From an uncultured Acidobacteriota bacterium (GTDB lineage Bacteria > Acidobacteriota > Terriglobia > Acidiferrales > UBA7541): a DNA stretch of 64,000 bases. Position numbers and translations under genes: made by a program. Positions within the stretch are counted from its first letter, which is position 1; each line of letters opens with the position of its first letter. This document shows positions 1 through 10,252 of this stretch, piece by piece. The notes beneath the pieces were generated by a model. That model was not told the origin of the DNA. It did not search any database and worked only from the letters and a program-made list of their open reading frames with translations. Location: positions 58,610-122,609 of the forward strand of contig CAVZGK010000001.1 of assembly GCA_963774805.1 (NCBI GenBank). The letters are read 5' to 3'.

Positions 1-87
1 CGGAAAATTTTCGAGTCCAACGCGCTGAAGGTATATCCGCGGCTTACAAGGCAAATGCAGAAGCAGGGAATAGCGGCGGGCGCCTGA
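1..87 (+). CDS. 3' end of a CDS entering from upstream; the C-terminus resembles amidohydrolase-2 family (metal-dependent hydrolase/hydratase/decarboxylase)
   Basis: Frame 1 is open from base 1 to the TGA at 85-87 (RKIFESNALKVYPRLTRQMQKQGIAAGA*). The ...F.xNAxKVY... ending is typical of amidohydrolase-2 C-termini. Only 28 residues are visible. Confidence 0.35.
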   Translation, partial: RKIFESNALKVYPRLTRQMQKQGIAAGA

Positions 88-251
88 TTCGGAGCATCCC
101 GAAGTCTGTCTCACTCCAAATTAACCAAGCGTTTGAATTTGCGAGTGATGCGACACTTCTGCTTGACGAACTCCGGGGCTTTTCGGACAATCTAGCCATC
201 CGCACTTCCTGAAAACACTTCGCGCACGTCGATGAAATCGAGGCAACGGCG

Positions 252-1464
252 ATGGGAAAAATCGTAGCGGCATTCGGAGTCGTTCACGCACCCCAGCTTT
301 TCGTCCGCCCTCCCAGCGAAGACCCGGCTCAGCTGGACGCCGACATCGCGGCCATGCGCCTGGTTGGCAGGGATCTGGACGAGACTAAGCCGGATGTGGC
401 CATCGTGATCGGCAACGATCACATGGAAACGTTTTTTCTTTCCTCCGTTCCCACCTTTGCCATCATGTCCGGCGAGCGCGCCCGCGCGGAATTCGCCGCA
501 CAAAAACTACGATCTCCCGGTGCATCAGGGGCTTGCCGAGGATCTTCTAGATAAACTAGTCAACGACGATTTTGACATGGCCTATTCGCAGGACGCGGTT
601 CTGGGCCACGCGTTTGCCGCGATGTACGAATGGGTGATTGAGGGCCGGAAAATTCCCGTCGTTCCGATTTTTGTAAATGCCTATCTTCCGCCGCTGCCCA
701 CCGCGCGCCGCTGCGCGCAACTGGGCAAAGCCATCGCCAAGGTGATTGCCGCGCGTCCGGAACGCGTCGCCGTGATCGCCAGCGGAGGCATGTCTCACTT
801 TCCGGGCACCTGGAAATATCCGCAGCCCGATTTCGAGTTCGATTACTGGGCCATCGCGCAAATGGAGAAAGGCAACCACGAAGCTCTGCTCAGCCTCACC
901 TCGCAGCAGCTGGACGTGGTGGGCAACACGGAAATGCTGTCCTGGATGATGATGTTCGGAATGATCGGCGACCAGCCGGGCGAGCTGATCACCTACCAGC
1001 CGACCTGGCACCACGGCCACGCCGTAATGCGCTTCCTGCCGGACAAGCGCACCGGGAAGCTATCCGAAGAGGGAACCAAGGGCCCGGCGCACTATCAATT
1101 TAAAAGCTTGAGTGCGGGCTCGGATGGCTACGAGTTTTACAAGCATCCCGCACCGTCGGCCTACAAACTGAACAAAATTCTTTACGACCTGCGATTCAAG
1201 CCGAGCCTGCGGGTTCGCCTGATCAATGATATTCCCTCGGTTGCGGCCGAATACGGACTGCCCATCGAAGAGGCTAAGGTTCTCGAAACTTTGCAGGACG
1301 AAGACATCGAGAAATTCCGCAATGGCACGGTTCATCCTTTGGTCGAAGCCGGAGCGCATCCCCTCGGAATGTGGATGAGCGTAATCGTATTCCACGCAGA
1401 GTTGCGGCGCCTGCGCGCGGCGGCCGCCAAGGGCGATGCCGAACCGTCCAGCGTCACTCAGTAG
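252..1464 (+). pseudogene. Class III extradiol ring-cleavage dioxygenase: LigB-like N-terminal domain fused to a LigA-like C-terminal domain (gallate/protocatechuate 4,5-dioxygenase type). The frame is broken by a -1/+1 shift near 490-500.
   Basis: ORF 252..554 (MGKIVAAFGVVHAPQL...VAIVIGNDHMETFF) continues in ORF 457..1464 (...VAVIASGGMSHFPG...TWHHGH...). The C-terminal roughly 100 aa (YEFYKHPAPSAYKLNKILYDL...GAHPLGMWM) look LigA-like. The two frames overlap at 457-554. Confidence 0.75.
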
Positions 1465-1491
1465 CAATCCTCGAGGAGCAAGCTTCAGTAG

Positions 1492-1519
1492 GACAGGCTT
1501 CAGCCTGTCTGCTTTCTCT
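1492..1519 (+). terminator. Hairpin GACAGGC-TTCA-GCCTGTC followed by a T-rich stretch; probable terminator of the dioxygenase gene
   Basis: Self-complementary 18-mer at 1492-1509, then tgctttctctc. A second hairpin of opposite polarity (ACAGGCTGAAGCCTGT) lies at 1544-1559. Confidence 0.45.
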
Positions 1520-1581
1520 CATAACGGACACACTCCAAGCCATACAGGCTGAAGCCTGTCCGAATCGAACCAGGAGAATTC

Positions 1582-2604
1582 ATGCCCACGATGCGCGTCG
1601 TGCAAATTCCCAAAGCCCACGAACCGTTTCAGCAAGTGGAGCGCGAGATTCCTGCGCCCGCGGCGGGAATGGTGCGCCTCAAGGTGCAGGCCTGCGGCAT
1701 CTGCCACAGCGACGAATACGCGAAGGAAGGCTCTCGGCCGGGAATCACTTACCCGCGCGTTCCGGGACACGAAGTGGCGGGCGTGATCGATGCGATCGGC
1801 TCCGGCGTCTCCGGATGGGAAGTAGGGCAGCGCGCGGGAGTCGGCTGGCACGGCGGACACTGCGGCTACTGCGATTCCTGCCGCCGCGGCGACTTTGTGA
1901 CTTGCAGCAAAGGCCGCCAGATCACTGGCCTGACCTGCGACGGCGGCTATACCGAGTACATGCTGGTGTCCGCTGTGGCACTGGCAGCGATTCCCCACGA
2001 AATTTCCGCTACGGATGCAGGTCCCTTGTTCTGCGCGGGCGTCACGACGTTCAACGCGCTGCGCAATAGCGGGGCGCGCTCGGGAGACACCGTAGCGATT
2101 CTGGGCCTCGGCGGACTCGGGCATCTGGGTGTGCAGTTTGCCGCCAAAATGGGATTCGAGACCATTGCCATCGCTCGTGGCAATGAAAAAGCGGAGTTTG
2201 CCAAAAAATTAGGAGCGAAACATTATCTCGACAGCGAATCGCAAAATGTTGCCGCGGAACTGGAAAAGCTGGGCGGCGCAAGAATCATTCTCTCGACCGT
2301 AACCAGCGCCAAAGCCGTGAACGCGGCGCTGGGCGGCCTGGGCATCAACGGTAAAGCCATTCTCGTGGGTAATCCCGATCAGCCGCTGGACATTACCGGG
2401 CGCCTGTTGATCGCCGGCCGCCGCTCCGTCAGCGGCTGGCCTTCCGGTTCGCCGATCGATTCGCAGGACACGCTGAAATTCTGCGCGCTGACCGGCATCC
2501 GGCCGATGACCGAAGTGTTTCCGCTGGAGCGCGCGCCCGAAGCTTACGAAAGAATGTTGAGCGGCAAGGCCAGGTTCCGGGTGGTCTTGGCAATGAATCA
2601 GTAG
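1582..2604 (+). CDS. Zinc-dependent alcohol dehydrogenase (MDR superfamily)
   Basis: 340-aa ORF with a GGAG RBS. Motifs seen: GICHSDE, GHEVAG, CGYCDSCRRG (structural Zn) and GLGGLGHLGVQ (Rossmann). Confidence 0.9.
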   Translation: MPTMRVVQIPKAHEPFQQVEREIPAPAAGMVRLKVQACGICHSDEYAKEGSRPGITYPRVPGHEVAGVIDAIGSGVSGWEVGQRAGVGWHGGHCGYCDSCRRGDFVTCSKGRQITGLTCDGGYTEYMLVSAVALAAIPHEISATDAGPLFCAGVTTFNALRNSGARSGDTVAILGLGGLGHLGVQFAAKMGFETIAIARGNEKAEFAKKLGAKHYLDSESQNVAAELEKLGGARIILSTVTSAKAVNAALGGLGINGKAILVGNPDQPLDITGRLLIAGRRSVSGWPSGSPIDSQDTLKFCALTGIRPMTEVFPLERAPEAYERMLSGKARFRVVLAMNQ

Positions 2605-2687
2605 GAATTATTTCCAACCCCTGCAACCGACTGATATTGGGAAATTGCTCCTTCAACGGCGTGCGAATAGGGTACGTATCTCTTCTT

Positions 2688-2774
2688 GTCATTCTGAGCG
2701 GAGCGAAGAATCTCTCTTCGATCTAAGTGCGAGCAAAAGAACAAAGAGAGATTCTTCGCTCCGCTCAGAATGAC
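2688..2774. repeat. Palindromic MITE/REP-like element, copy 1 (inverted relative to copies 2-4)
   Basis: GTCATTCTGAGCGGAGCGAAGAATCTCTC...GAGAGATTCTTCGCTCCGCTCAGAATGAC. Arms of about 30 bp surround a core of about 25 bp. The same family is at 23178, 46556 and 61241. Confidence 0.9.
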
Positions 2775-2920
2775 ATCATTCTTGATTTTCCCGCGGTCGA
2801 TTGACCCTGTAATTCCACGCAATTCGGAGGCGGCATAGTTGGTGCTGACGGAATTCCTTAACACGGAGTCCTCGGAATCTTCCACTGTCGGATAGAATAC
2901 TTGGCGAGCACTCGCGGTGT

Positions 2921-4887
2921 ATGACATCTCATAATCAACTCGGGAATTCTGATCTCGATCTCCTGACTCCTCTTCACCGGTATTGGGGCTACGACGCATT
3001 CCGCCCGTTGCAGGAAGGCATCGTGCGCAGCCTGCTCGAGGGCCGCGACAGCTGCGTCATCATGCCTACGGGCGGCGGGAAGTCGCTGTGCTACCAGCTG
3101 CCCGCGGCGATCTCGCCCGGCAAAACGGTAATCGTGATCTCTCCGCTGATTGCGCTGATGGAAGACCAGGTAGCGCAGCTCGGCCAGATGGGAATTTCGG
3201 CAGGGCTGCTGAACAGTTCGATTCCCGGCGCCCAGCAGTCTCGCGTAATCGAGAAGGCCAAGGCCGGCGCCTACCGGCTCCTGTATCTTTCACCGGAACG
3301 TCTGGCGCGCGAAGATACTATCGACTGGCTGCGCCAGGTTCCCATTCTGTTTTTTGCGATTGACGAAGCGCATTGCATTTCGGAGTGGGGCCACGAATTC
3401 CGACCCGAATACCGCCAGCTCAGCCGCCTGCGCACGCATTTTCCCGACCGCGCCATCGCCGCCTTCACCGCCAGCGCCACGCAGCGTGTGCGGCATGACA
3501 TTATTCGACAGCTCGCTCTCCGCGATCCGTACCGCTGCATCGCCAGCTTTCATCGGCCCAACCTGCGTTACGTGGTGCGCGCCTGCGATGGCGCGTCGCA
3601 GACCGAGCTTCTGCTGCGCGCGGTGCGCAGTTATGGGGATGAAAATCTCATCGTGTATGCGCCCACGATTGCCAGGGTCGAATCGACGGTCGATCTGCTG
3701 CAGGAAAACAATATTCCCGCCATCGGTTATCACGGGCAGATGAATCCCGCGGATCGCCGCCGCAATCAGGAACGCTGGATGGCGGATGAAGTGCGCGTGA
3801 TGGTTGGCACCATTGCTTTCGGACTCGGCATCAACAAGGCCGCCGTGCGCGCCGTGATTCACCTCTCGCTCCCCAAATCCATCGAACAGTATTACCAGGA
3901 AGCCGGGCGAGGCGGCCGCGATGGGCTGCCCGCGGATTGCGTGCTCCTGTGGCAGAAAAAAGACGCGGGCCTGCACGCCTATTTCATCGGGCAGATCAAC
4001 GACCCCGACGAAAAGAAGCGCGCCTGGCAGCGCTACGATGAGATCCGCGGCTTTGTGGAATCGAATGTGTGCCGCCACTTGCGCATTTGCGGGCATTTCG
4101 GAGAGAAAAAGAAATGGGCCAGTTGCGCGGCGTGCGACGTATGCGCGTACCAACCGGCGTGGCTGTCCGAACCGCTGCAAACGCGCGCGCCTCGCGGACG
4201 AAAGAAATCCAAATCGAGGGTCCCGTTGCGGCCGCTGCCGCACCGTCAGGTCGCCAATATGAAAGGACTCTACTCCCTCCTGAACCCGGGCGGCGGCAGG
4301 ATGCGGCGCAGGTCGATCCTGAGTTGCGTGAGTTTTTGCGGGAATGGCGACGAGAAATCGCCAAGGAACAAAACACGCCGGCATTCGTAGTGATGCATGA
4401 CACCACGCTCGATGCAATCTGTGCAGCCCGCCCCGCGTCGATTCAGGATCTCTTGCGAATCACCGGCATCGGCGAACGGAAGGCTGAGCTGTACGGCCGC
4501 CCAATTCTCGACACGCTGGCGAGATTCAAGGACGGCGCGCGCGCTGCACGCGATGAAGAACGAATCACGCCCACCGTGGAAACTATTCAACTCATCGCGC
4601 AAGGCAAATCACTCGAGGAAATCGCGGCGATCCGCGGCCGCCAGCGCACGACGATTGTGAGCATGGTCGCGGACTTGGTTGAGCGCGGACTGGTGAAATT
4701 CCGGGACGAATGGGTCAGCGCCGAAAAACGCGCAAAAGTCGAGGAGGCGGCAAGCCGGCTTGGCCTCGAGCGATTGACTCCAATCAAGGAAGCACTGCCA
4801 TCTGAAGTGACCTACGAAGACATCCGCCTGGTCGTCGCGTATCTTCGCCTGGGTAGTGACGAGCGTTCACTCGCTGCGGGGAATTGA
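2921..4887 (+). pseudogene. recQ: RecQ-family ATP-dependent DNA helicase (helicase core + Zn-binding region + HRDC + C-terminal HTH-like domain). The frame is broken once somewhere in 4190-4320.
   Basis: ORF 2921..4390 has YWGYDAFRPLQ, MPTGGGKSLCYQLP, DEAHCISEWGHEFRPEY and the Cys cluster CRH...CAACDVC. ORF 4069..4887 in another frame carries an HRDC-like segment (LREWRREIAKEQNTPAFVVMHDTTLDAI...ITGIGERKAELYG). No RQC winged-helix stretch is evident. Confidence 0.8.
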
Positions 4888-4941
4888 ACGGAGAGTTGCT
4901 CCGGCCTGAATTTGCTGGAGTAAGCCTAAGCCAAGCTGGAG

Positions 4942-6186
4942 CTAAGCCTGGGACGCGGCGAGCGACGCGGTTGGCGCTTGTTTCGCCTTCAGATTTACCA
5001 TCTCGAGGTCGCCCATCATGCGATGGATGATGAACCACGCGACAATGTAGAAAAGGCTCATGCCCATCAGCACCGGCACATAGCCCACGTGCGGAATCAC
5101 CGTTCCAGGAATAATTCCTGAAAACAGCGCGCCCCCCAACCCTCCCAGGCACACGCCGAACCCGTTGGCGCTGCCGACTGCCTGCGAAGGAAACACATCG
5201 GCCGGCGCAATAAATAAGTTGGTCATCCAGGCCTGATGCGCGGCCGTGGCGAGGCCAAAGAGCAAAACCGCCAACCGCTCATTCGGTACCACCACCCCGA
5301 GCGTGCAGGCGGGCATCACAATCGCGCAGAACAGCATGGTCATCTTGCGCGCCCTGCCCACGGTCCAGCCGCGCTTGATCAGAAAGCTGGAAACGATCCC
5401 GCCGAGCAGAGCCCCTACCGCTGAAATGCTATACACGATCATCAGCGCGGTGCCGCGCTGCGACGGATTGAAGTGGCGCACGTCCGTCAGATACGTCGGC
5501 AGCCAGAACAAATAGAACCACCACACCGGATCGGTGAGAAATTTTGCCAGGCCGTAGCCCCAGGCTTGCTTGTACCTCATCACTTCGCTGATGGAAATTT
5601 TTGCGCCAACCGGCACGGGCGCGCCGGCTTGCCTCGGCAGGCGGTACGTATGAAACCAGATCGGCAGCCACAGGAACCCGAGCCCACCCATAATCGCGAA
5701 GCAGGCCTGCCATCCAAGCGTGAACGCAATCAGAATAAATAGCGGAGGGCCAAAGATATTGGCCAGATTCGTTCCCGAATTGACGATGCCCATGGCCGTG
5801 GCGCGTTCTTCGGGAGGGAACCATTCGGCTGCGGCCTTACTGCAGGCCGGAAAATTCGCGGATTCGCCCAGACCCAGAATCGTCCGGAACATTCCGAATT
5901 GCAGCGCGCTCCCCGCAAACGCGTTCAGCGTTGCAGCCAGAGACCACACCGCCGCGGCTATCCCATAGCCGATGCGCGTTCCGTAGCGATCCAGCAGCTT
6001 CCCGCCGCAGAGCGATCCGCCCGCGTATGCCAACTGAAAAACCATCTGAATGGTTCCGTAGACCGGCAAACCGAAATGAAATTTGTCGCGAATCTCCGGA
6101 AGAATTACGCCCAGGATGGCGCGGTCCAGATAGTTAATGGTCGTGGCGAAAAAAAGAAGGCTGACAATCACCCAACGCATGCGCAT
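4942..6186 (-). CDS. MFS transporter (ACS/hexuronate-ExuT-like subfamily)
   Basis: Long hydrophobic ORF. The N-terminus MRMRWVIVSLLFFATTINYLDRAILGV is typical of the family. I chose the ATG at 6186 rather than the ORF-track start at 6294. Confidence 0.8.
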   Translation of the reverse strand: MRMRWVIVSLLFFATTINYLDRAILGVILPEIRDKFHFGLPVYGTIQMVFQLAYAGGSLCGGKLLDRYGTRIGYGIAAAVWSLAATLNAFAGSALQFGMFRTILGLGESANFPACSKAAAEWFPPEERATAMGIVNSGTNLANIFGPPLFILIAFTLGWQACFAIMGGLGFLWLPIWFHTYRLPRQAGAPVPVGAKISISEVMRYKQAWGYGLAKFLTDPVWWFYLFWLPTYLTDVRHFNPSQRGTALMIVYSISAVGALLGGIVSSFLIKRGWTVGRARKMTMLFCAIVMPACTLGVVVPNERLAVLLFGLATAAHQAWMTNLFIAPADVFPSQAVGSANGFGVCLGGLGGALFSGIIPGTVIPHVGYVPVLMGMSLFYIVAWFIIHRMMGDLEMVNLKAKQAPTASLAASQA

Positions 6187-6320
6187 TTGGCGGCTATCAT
6201 ACTGCAAGTTTCTTTGGGGAAGCGTTAAATCGGTTGGCAGGCGATGGAAATGAAAAAGGGCCGCACTGGGGAGTGGATCCTCCGACGAACCCACTCCGTT
6301 GCGCGGCCCGGGGACGACGT

Positions 6321-7037
6321 CTAGATATGGGCGAAATTCTCGAGGGCCGCGCGATTCGGGATCATGAGCGTCGATCCCTGAATGGTCACCAGATGGCGCT
6401 CCTTGAAATCGCTTAGTGTCCGCGTGACGGTCTCGCGGGTGGTGCCGATGAACTCCGCAATTTCCTCATGCGTGAGCGGCAGCTTGATGCGCGTGCCTTC
6501 CTTGGTCTGCTGAATTCCCTCGGACCAGGTGAGCAGCAGGCGCGCCAGCTTTTCCTGCGCGGAGGCCGACAGCCCGATGGTGTGCAATTGCTGGCACGCG
6601 CCGCGATACTGGGAAGCCATTTGCTTCACCACGTTCGGCGAGGCGTCCGGGTGCTTGGCGAGGAAGCGCAGGAAATCGTCCTTGCGCACAAACGCAACCT
6701 GGCAGGGATGGATGGTCTCGGCGGTCACTTCGTATGGCAGTCCGGCCATGGAGGCCATCAAGCCGAGCAATTCGCCGGCGCGCGCGATTCTCATGATCAG
6801 CGTCTTGCCTTCGGCCGAGCTGATCGAGAGTTTCACTTCGCCCTCGCACAGGACGTAAATTCCGCGCGCCTCCTGCCTTTCCACGAACAGCAGCGCGCCC
6901 TTGGGGTACGTGGCCGTGGATTTGATCGCATCGAAGTCTTTTAACGAGGCAGCCGGCAGCTGGCAGAAAAAGCCCGCCGCATTCCTCGTGCAGGTTTTGC
7001 ATCCATCGTTCAGTTCCAAGCCGTAGGGACCTTTCAT
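6321..7037 (-). CDS. Crp/Fnr family transcriptional regulator with an N-terminal Cys cluster
   Basis: 238 aa with a GGAGGA RBS. It has a cNMP-binding-like beta-roll and a C-terminal HTH (THEEIAEFIGTTRETVTRTLSDF). The N-terminus carries C-x2-C-x8-C. Confidence 0.85.
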   Translation of the reverse strand: MKGPYGLELNDGCKTCTRNAAGFFCQLPAASLKDFDAIKSTATYPKGALLFVERQEARGIYVLCEGEVKLSISSAEGKTLIMRIARAGELLGLMASMAGLPYEVTAETIHPCQVAFVRKDDFLRFLAKHPDASPNVVKQMASQYRGACQQLHTIGLSASAQEKLARLLLTWSEGIQQTKEGTRIKLPLTHEEIAEFIGTTRETVTRTLSDFKERHLVTIQGSTLMIPNRAALENFAHI

Positions 7038-7070
7038 ACTTCCTCCTCGCCACGCATAACTGCCGGGTCA

Positions 7071-7349
7071 TCAATCGTGGTGCTGGGCCTGTTCTGAAAA
7101 ATATTTCGTGAGCGGTGTATCGGCCATGAATTCGGCGCCCGTCGTGGCGTGAATCTTGCCAAGCAGACTGCGACCCGAGTCGTCAGCGTGCGTTACACCG
7201 CGGAGGTCGATTTTCAGCTTCTTTGTTCCGAGCGACGGCGCCAGATCCTGCCAAGCCTGGAGCAGTGTATTGACATTCTCTCCGGCGATCCTGCCTTCGA
7301 TCTTCAGGATTACGCTCTCGCCATTCGAAGCTTGAATCGTCACTCTCAC
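7071..7349 (-). CDS. STAS domain protein (anti-sigma-factor antagonist-like)
   Basis: 92 aa with a GTG start and a GGGAGG RBS. The DLRGVTHADDSGRSLL segment resembles the SpoIIAA/RsbV phospho-Ser loop. It sits 33 nt upstream of the Crp/Fnr gene on the same strand. Confidence 0.65.
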   Translation of the reverse strand: MRVTIQASNGESVILKIEGRIAGENVNTLLQAWQDLAPSLGTKKLKIDLRGVTHADDSGRSLLGKIHATTGAEFMADTPLTKYFSEQAQHHD

Positions 7350-7388
7350 CTGTTTACTTGACCTCCCGCATCGTCACACCTACATAAC

Positions 7389-7404
7389 TGCAATCAGTGA
7401 GCCA
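7389..7404 (-). promoter_or_regulatory. Sigma-54 (-24/-12) promoter upstream of the STAS-Crp/Fnr operon
   Basis: The minus strand reads TGGCTCACTGATTGCA. This matches TGGCAC-N5-TTGCA at all but one position, with exact GG-N10-GC spacing. It lies about 40 nt upstream of the GTG at 7349. Confidence 0.6.
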
Positions 7405-7534
7405 AACGACTGGCGGAAGGCAGCAGCGGGGTATTCCATTCTGAAACAGGGAGTTACGGGGAGTAAGGGTATTGTGTGCGGTGGCGCACCGAGTCAAGTG
7501 ACGACGATCACCGGCGGCTAATCGTCACGGCTGA

Positions 7535-9844
7535 CTACATATAGTCCGTGCGTTCGATTCCCAGCTTTTTGATCTTGGAGTTCAGTGTCGTGCGGATCAA
7601 TCCGAGGCGTGCAGCAGCGCCGTCCGTTCCGCCGATTTTTCCCTTGGTTTGGCGGAGCACCCGCAGGATGTGCTCCCGCTCGGCCGCCTCCAGCGAAACG
7701 CCCTCCGCGGGGCGGGGGTCCTCCACCGTTTCCAATTCGCTAAGTGGCGCCCGCAGGACAGTTCCCTTGGTCAGGATGACGGCCCGCTCGATGAAGTTCT
7801 CCAGTTCGCGGATATTGCCGGGCCAGTCCCAGCGGGACAGTGCCCGCATCGTTTCGTCCGTGATGGTCTCGATCTTTCGGTCCAGCTTGCGGGCATGGCG
7901 ATCGACGAAGTAGCGAACCAGAAGGGCAATATCCTCGCGGCGCTCGCGAAGCGGCGGCAGCAAAATGGGAAACACGCGCAACCGGTAGTAGAGATCGCTG
8001 CGGAATTGCCCGTCCGCCACCATTTTGGCCAGATCGCGGTTGGTGGCCGCGACCAGGCGCACATTCACCGGGATCGGTTTGGTGCTGCCCAGCCTTTCAA
8101 ACTCTCTTTCCTGCAGGGCCCGCAGAATCTTGGGCTGCAGTTCCAGCGGCAGGTCGCCGATTTCGTCCAGGAAAAGCGTGCCCTCGTTGGCCAGTTCCAG
8201 TCGGCCAATCTTGCGGTCAATTGCACCGGTATAGGCGCCTTTTTCGTGCCCGAAGAGTTCGCTCTCCAGTAGACCGGCGGGAATGGCCGCGCAGTTGAGC
8301 TTGACCATCACGTGGTTGCTACGAGGACTCAGTTCGTGAATGGCGCGGGCGATGACTTCTTTTCCCGTTCCGGTCTCGCCCAGAATCAAAACGGTCACAT
8401 CGGTGGCCGCCACGGTCTCCACCATTTTCAAGACCCGTTTCAGGGCAACGCTCTCGCCAATGATTTCATCAAATCTCGCTTCGGTGTTCAGCTCTTCCGC
8501 CAGATAGCGCTTTTGCAACTCGCTCTGGCGCAAAGCTTCCTCGGCGTTCCGCTTTTCCGTGAGGTCGCGGATCACGCTGAGCACGACTCGGCCCTGGGCC
8601 GTCTCGACCGGGCCGAGCATGATATCGGCGGGGAATTCGCTGCCATCCTTCCGCCGGCCGAACAGCTCCAGGCCGGCGCCCATGGGACGCACGCGCGGAG
8701 TCGATGAGTAATGGTCGCGGTGCGAGGGATGCGTGGGACGAAACCGCTCGGGAACGAGGAGGTCGATGGACTGTCCGGTCAGTTCGCCGCGTTCGTAGCC
8801 GAACAGGTTTTCCACCCGCGCATTAATTTCGCCGATCCGTCCGTTCAGATCGCTGACGATGATGGCGTCGGGAGAGGATTCGAACAGCGCCCGGAATTGC
8901 GCCTCGCTGCGGCGAACGGCTTCTTCCGCCGCTTTGCGATCGGTCAAGTCGCGGGTCACTTTCGCGAACCCGACCAGTTGCCCTTGCGGATCCCGTATAG
9001 CGGAGATTGCCACGCCGGCCCAGAATGTGCGGCCGCCTTTGCGAACCCGCCAGCCCTCGTCTTCGAATCTTCCTTCGGCAGCCGCCACCTTTAATTCCGC
9101 ATCCGGCTTACCGGAGTTCCGGTCCTGTTCCGAATAAAACTGCGAGAAATGTTTGCCGACAATTTCCTCCGTGCGGTAGCCCTTGATGCGTTCCGCTCCC
9201 TGATTCCAGGTGGAAACGCGGCCGGTGAGGTCGAGCATGAAGATCGCATAGTCCTTTACGTTCTCGACGAGGGTCCGGTATCGCTGTTCGATGTCGCGAA
9301 GGGCTGCGGTGCGTTCCTGCACTTCGCGGGCGCGCAGCACTACCTCCATTTCCATCCGTTGCGCCCGGGCCCGCAGTTCTTCGGTCTGTTCCTTCTGCAG
9401 GAGTTCCTGTTGCCGGAGCCGCGTGAAATCGGTGACGTCCTCCACGCGATGAATGATGTATTGCACTTCGCCGGTTTTACTCAGCACCGGCGTATTGACC
9501 GGGCTCCAGTGGCGTTCCTCGAACTGGCCGCCCTCGGATTCGGGCTTGCGGATGTCGTACTTCTGCACGGCCATGGTGTCCGGAATTTTGTATTGCAGCG
9601 TTCGCAGTAGCGAGGCCCGCAAGTTATTGACGCCCGTGGCGGCCGGGTCGTCCGGATTGTCGGGGAAAACATCGAAGATGCCGCGGCCCAGAATTTCTTC
9701 GCGTTTGGTCATGGTGGCCCGCAGGTAGGCCTCGCTGACCGCGACAATTATGAAGTCGGGCGACAGAACCAGGTACAGTCCTGGGGCGGACTGAAAGAGA
9801 GTTTGAAAGTCGGGCGTTTCTGGGAGTTTGGATAATTGCGTCAT
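7535..9844 (-). CDS. Sigma-54-dependent transcriptional activator (bEBP) with multiple N-terminal PAS domains and a C-terminal Fis-type HTH
   Basis: 769 aa. AAA+ motifs seen: [20 protein letters not shown]-like [14 protein letters not shown] and RxDLYYRL. Repeated PAS-like segments occupy the N-terminal 440 aa. Confidence 0.9.
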   Translation of the reverse strand: MTQLSKLPETPDFQTLFQSAPGLYLVLSPDFIIVAVSEAYLRATMTKREEILGRGIFDVFPDNPDDPAATGVNNLRASLLRTLQYKIPDTMAVQKYDIRKPESEGGQFEERHWSPVNTPVLSKTGEVQYIIHRVEDVTDFTRLRQQELLQKEQTEELRARAQRMEMEVVLRAREVQERTAALRDIEQRYRTLVENVKDYAIFMLDLTGRVSTWNQGAERIKGYRTEEIVGKHFSQFYSEQDRNSGKPDAELKVAAAEGRFEDEGWRVRKGGRTFWAGVAISAIRDPQGQLVGFAKVTRDLTDRKAAEEAVRRSEAQFRALFESSPDAIIVSDLNGRIGEINARVENLFGYERGELTGQSIDLLVPERFRPTHPSHRDHYSSTPRVRPMGAGLELFGRRKDGSEFPADIMLGPVETAQGRVVLSVIRDLTEKRNAEEALRQSELQKRYLAEELNTEARFDEIIGESVALKRVLKMVETVAATDVTVLILGETGTGKEVIARAIHELSPRSNHVMVKLNCAAIPAGLLESELFGHEKGAYTGAIDRKIGRLELANEGTLFLDEIGDLPLELQPKILRALQEREFERLGSTKPIPVNVRLVAATNRDLAKMVADGQFRSDLYYRLRVFPILLPPLRERREDIALLVRYFVDRHARKLDRKIETITDETMRALSRWDWPGNIRELENFIERAVILTKGTVLRAPLSELETVEDPRPAEGVSLEAAEREHILRVLRQTKGKIGGTDGAAARLGLIRTTLNSKIKKLGIERTDYM

Positions 9845-10074
9845 TCGTTTCGCAGTTTAGGCTCTACCGCTGGAGTGATCCGCGGATCGAAAACCTCGGG
9901 AATCATATCAAACCCGAAAGCCTCGGCCCACTTGGGATTTACTCTTGCGGTCTGACTGGAAGGAACTCAGGTAATGATCCGCGCCGGGGGCGAGTCCGTG
10001 TCCCGGTAAGCGGCTGTAGATCGTCCTGTTGTAGGAATCCGCGGCTACTGCGCCCGGCCTGCATCCGGGAACTC

Positions 10075-10112
10075 ATGCAAATTTCATGCAATTGTGATTT
10101 CCGTCATTGCAT
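10075..10112. promoter_or_regulatory. Inverted repeat ATGCAAT-N13-ATTGCAT preceded by a direct copy of TCATGCAA; candidate activator (UAS) or Crp-family site
   Basis: The IR arms are at 10086-10092 and 10106-10112. The interior contains TGTGA-N6-TCATT, which matches 8/10 positions of a CRP-type site. It lies about 100 bp upstream of the candidate -24/-12 element. Confidence 0.3.
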
Positions 10113-10193
10113 CGCTCCTGTACTGTGAGTAGAGTGAGCGCAGGTAATCGCAACAAACAAGTGGCTGGATGGCAACGGCCCCGACTCCGCTTT

Positions 10194-10209
10194 CGGCACC
10201 ACCCGCGCT
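10194..10209 (+). promoter_or_regulatory. Weak candidate sigma-54 promoter upstream of hsp20
   Basis: CGGCACCACCCGCGCT has GGCAC and GC at the correct GG-N10-GC spacing, but the -12 TTGC is degenerate. It lies 45 nt upstream of the ATG at 10253. Confidence 0.3.
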
Positions 10210-10252
10210 AAGCTGCCGCGGCCCCGCCCCACGCCACGGAAGGAGAATCGAA

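Noticed and set aside
457-554. Programmed ribosomal frameshifting as the explanation for the split genes
   Set aside because: No slippery heptamer with a downstream structure was seen at any junction. The affected families are not known to use recoding, and two genes need five or more shifts.
2598-2999. ORFs running through the palindromic repeats (2598..2999 minus, 60950..61402 minus, 61271..61630 plus), encoding ...ILSGAKNLS... or ...FAQNDK...
   Set aside because: The 'protein' similarity among them is created by the DNA repeat itself. Both strands give ORFs, and there is no RBS or coherent flanking coding signal.
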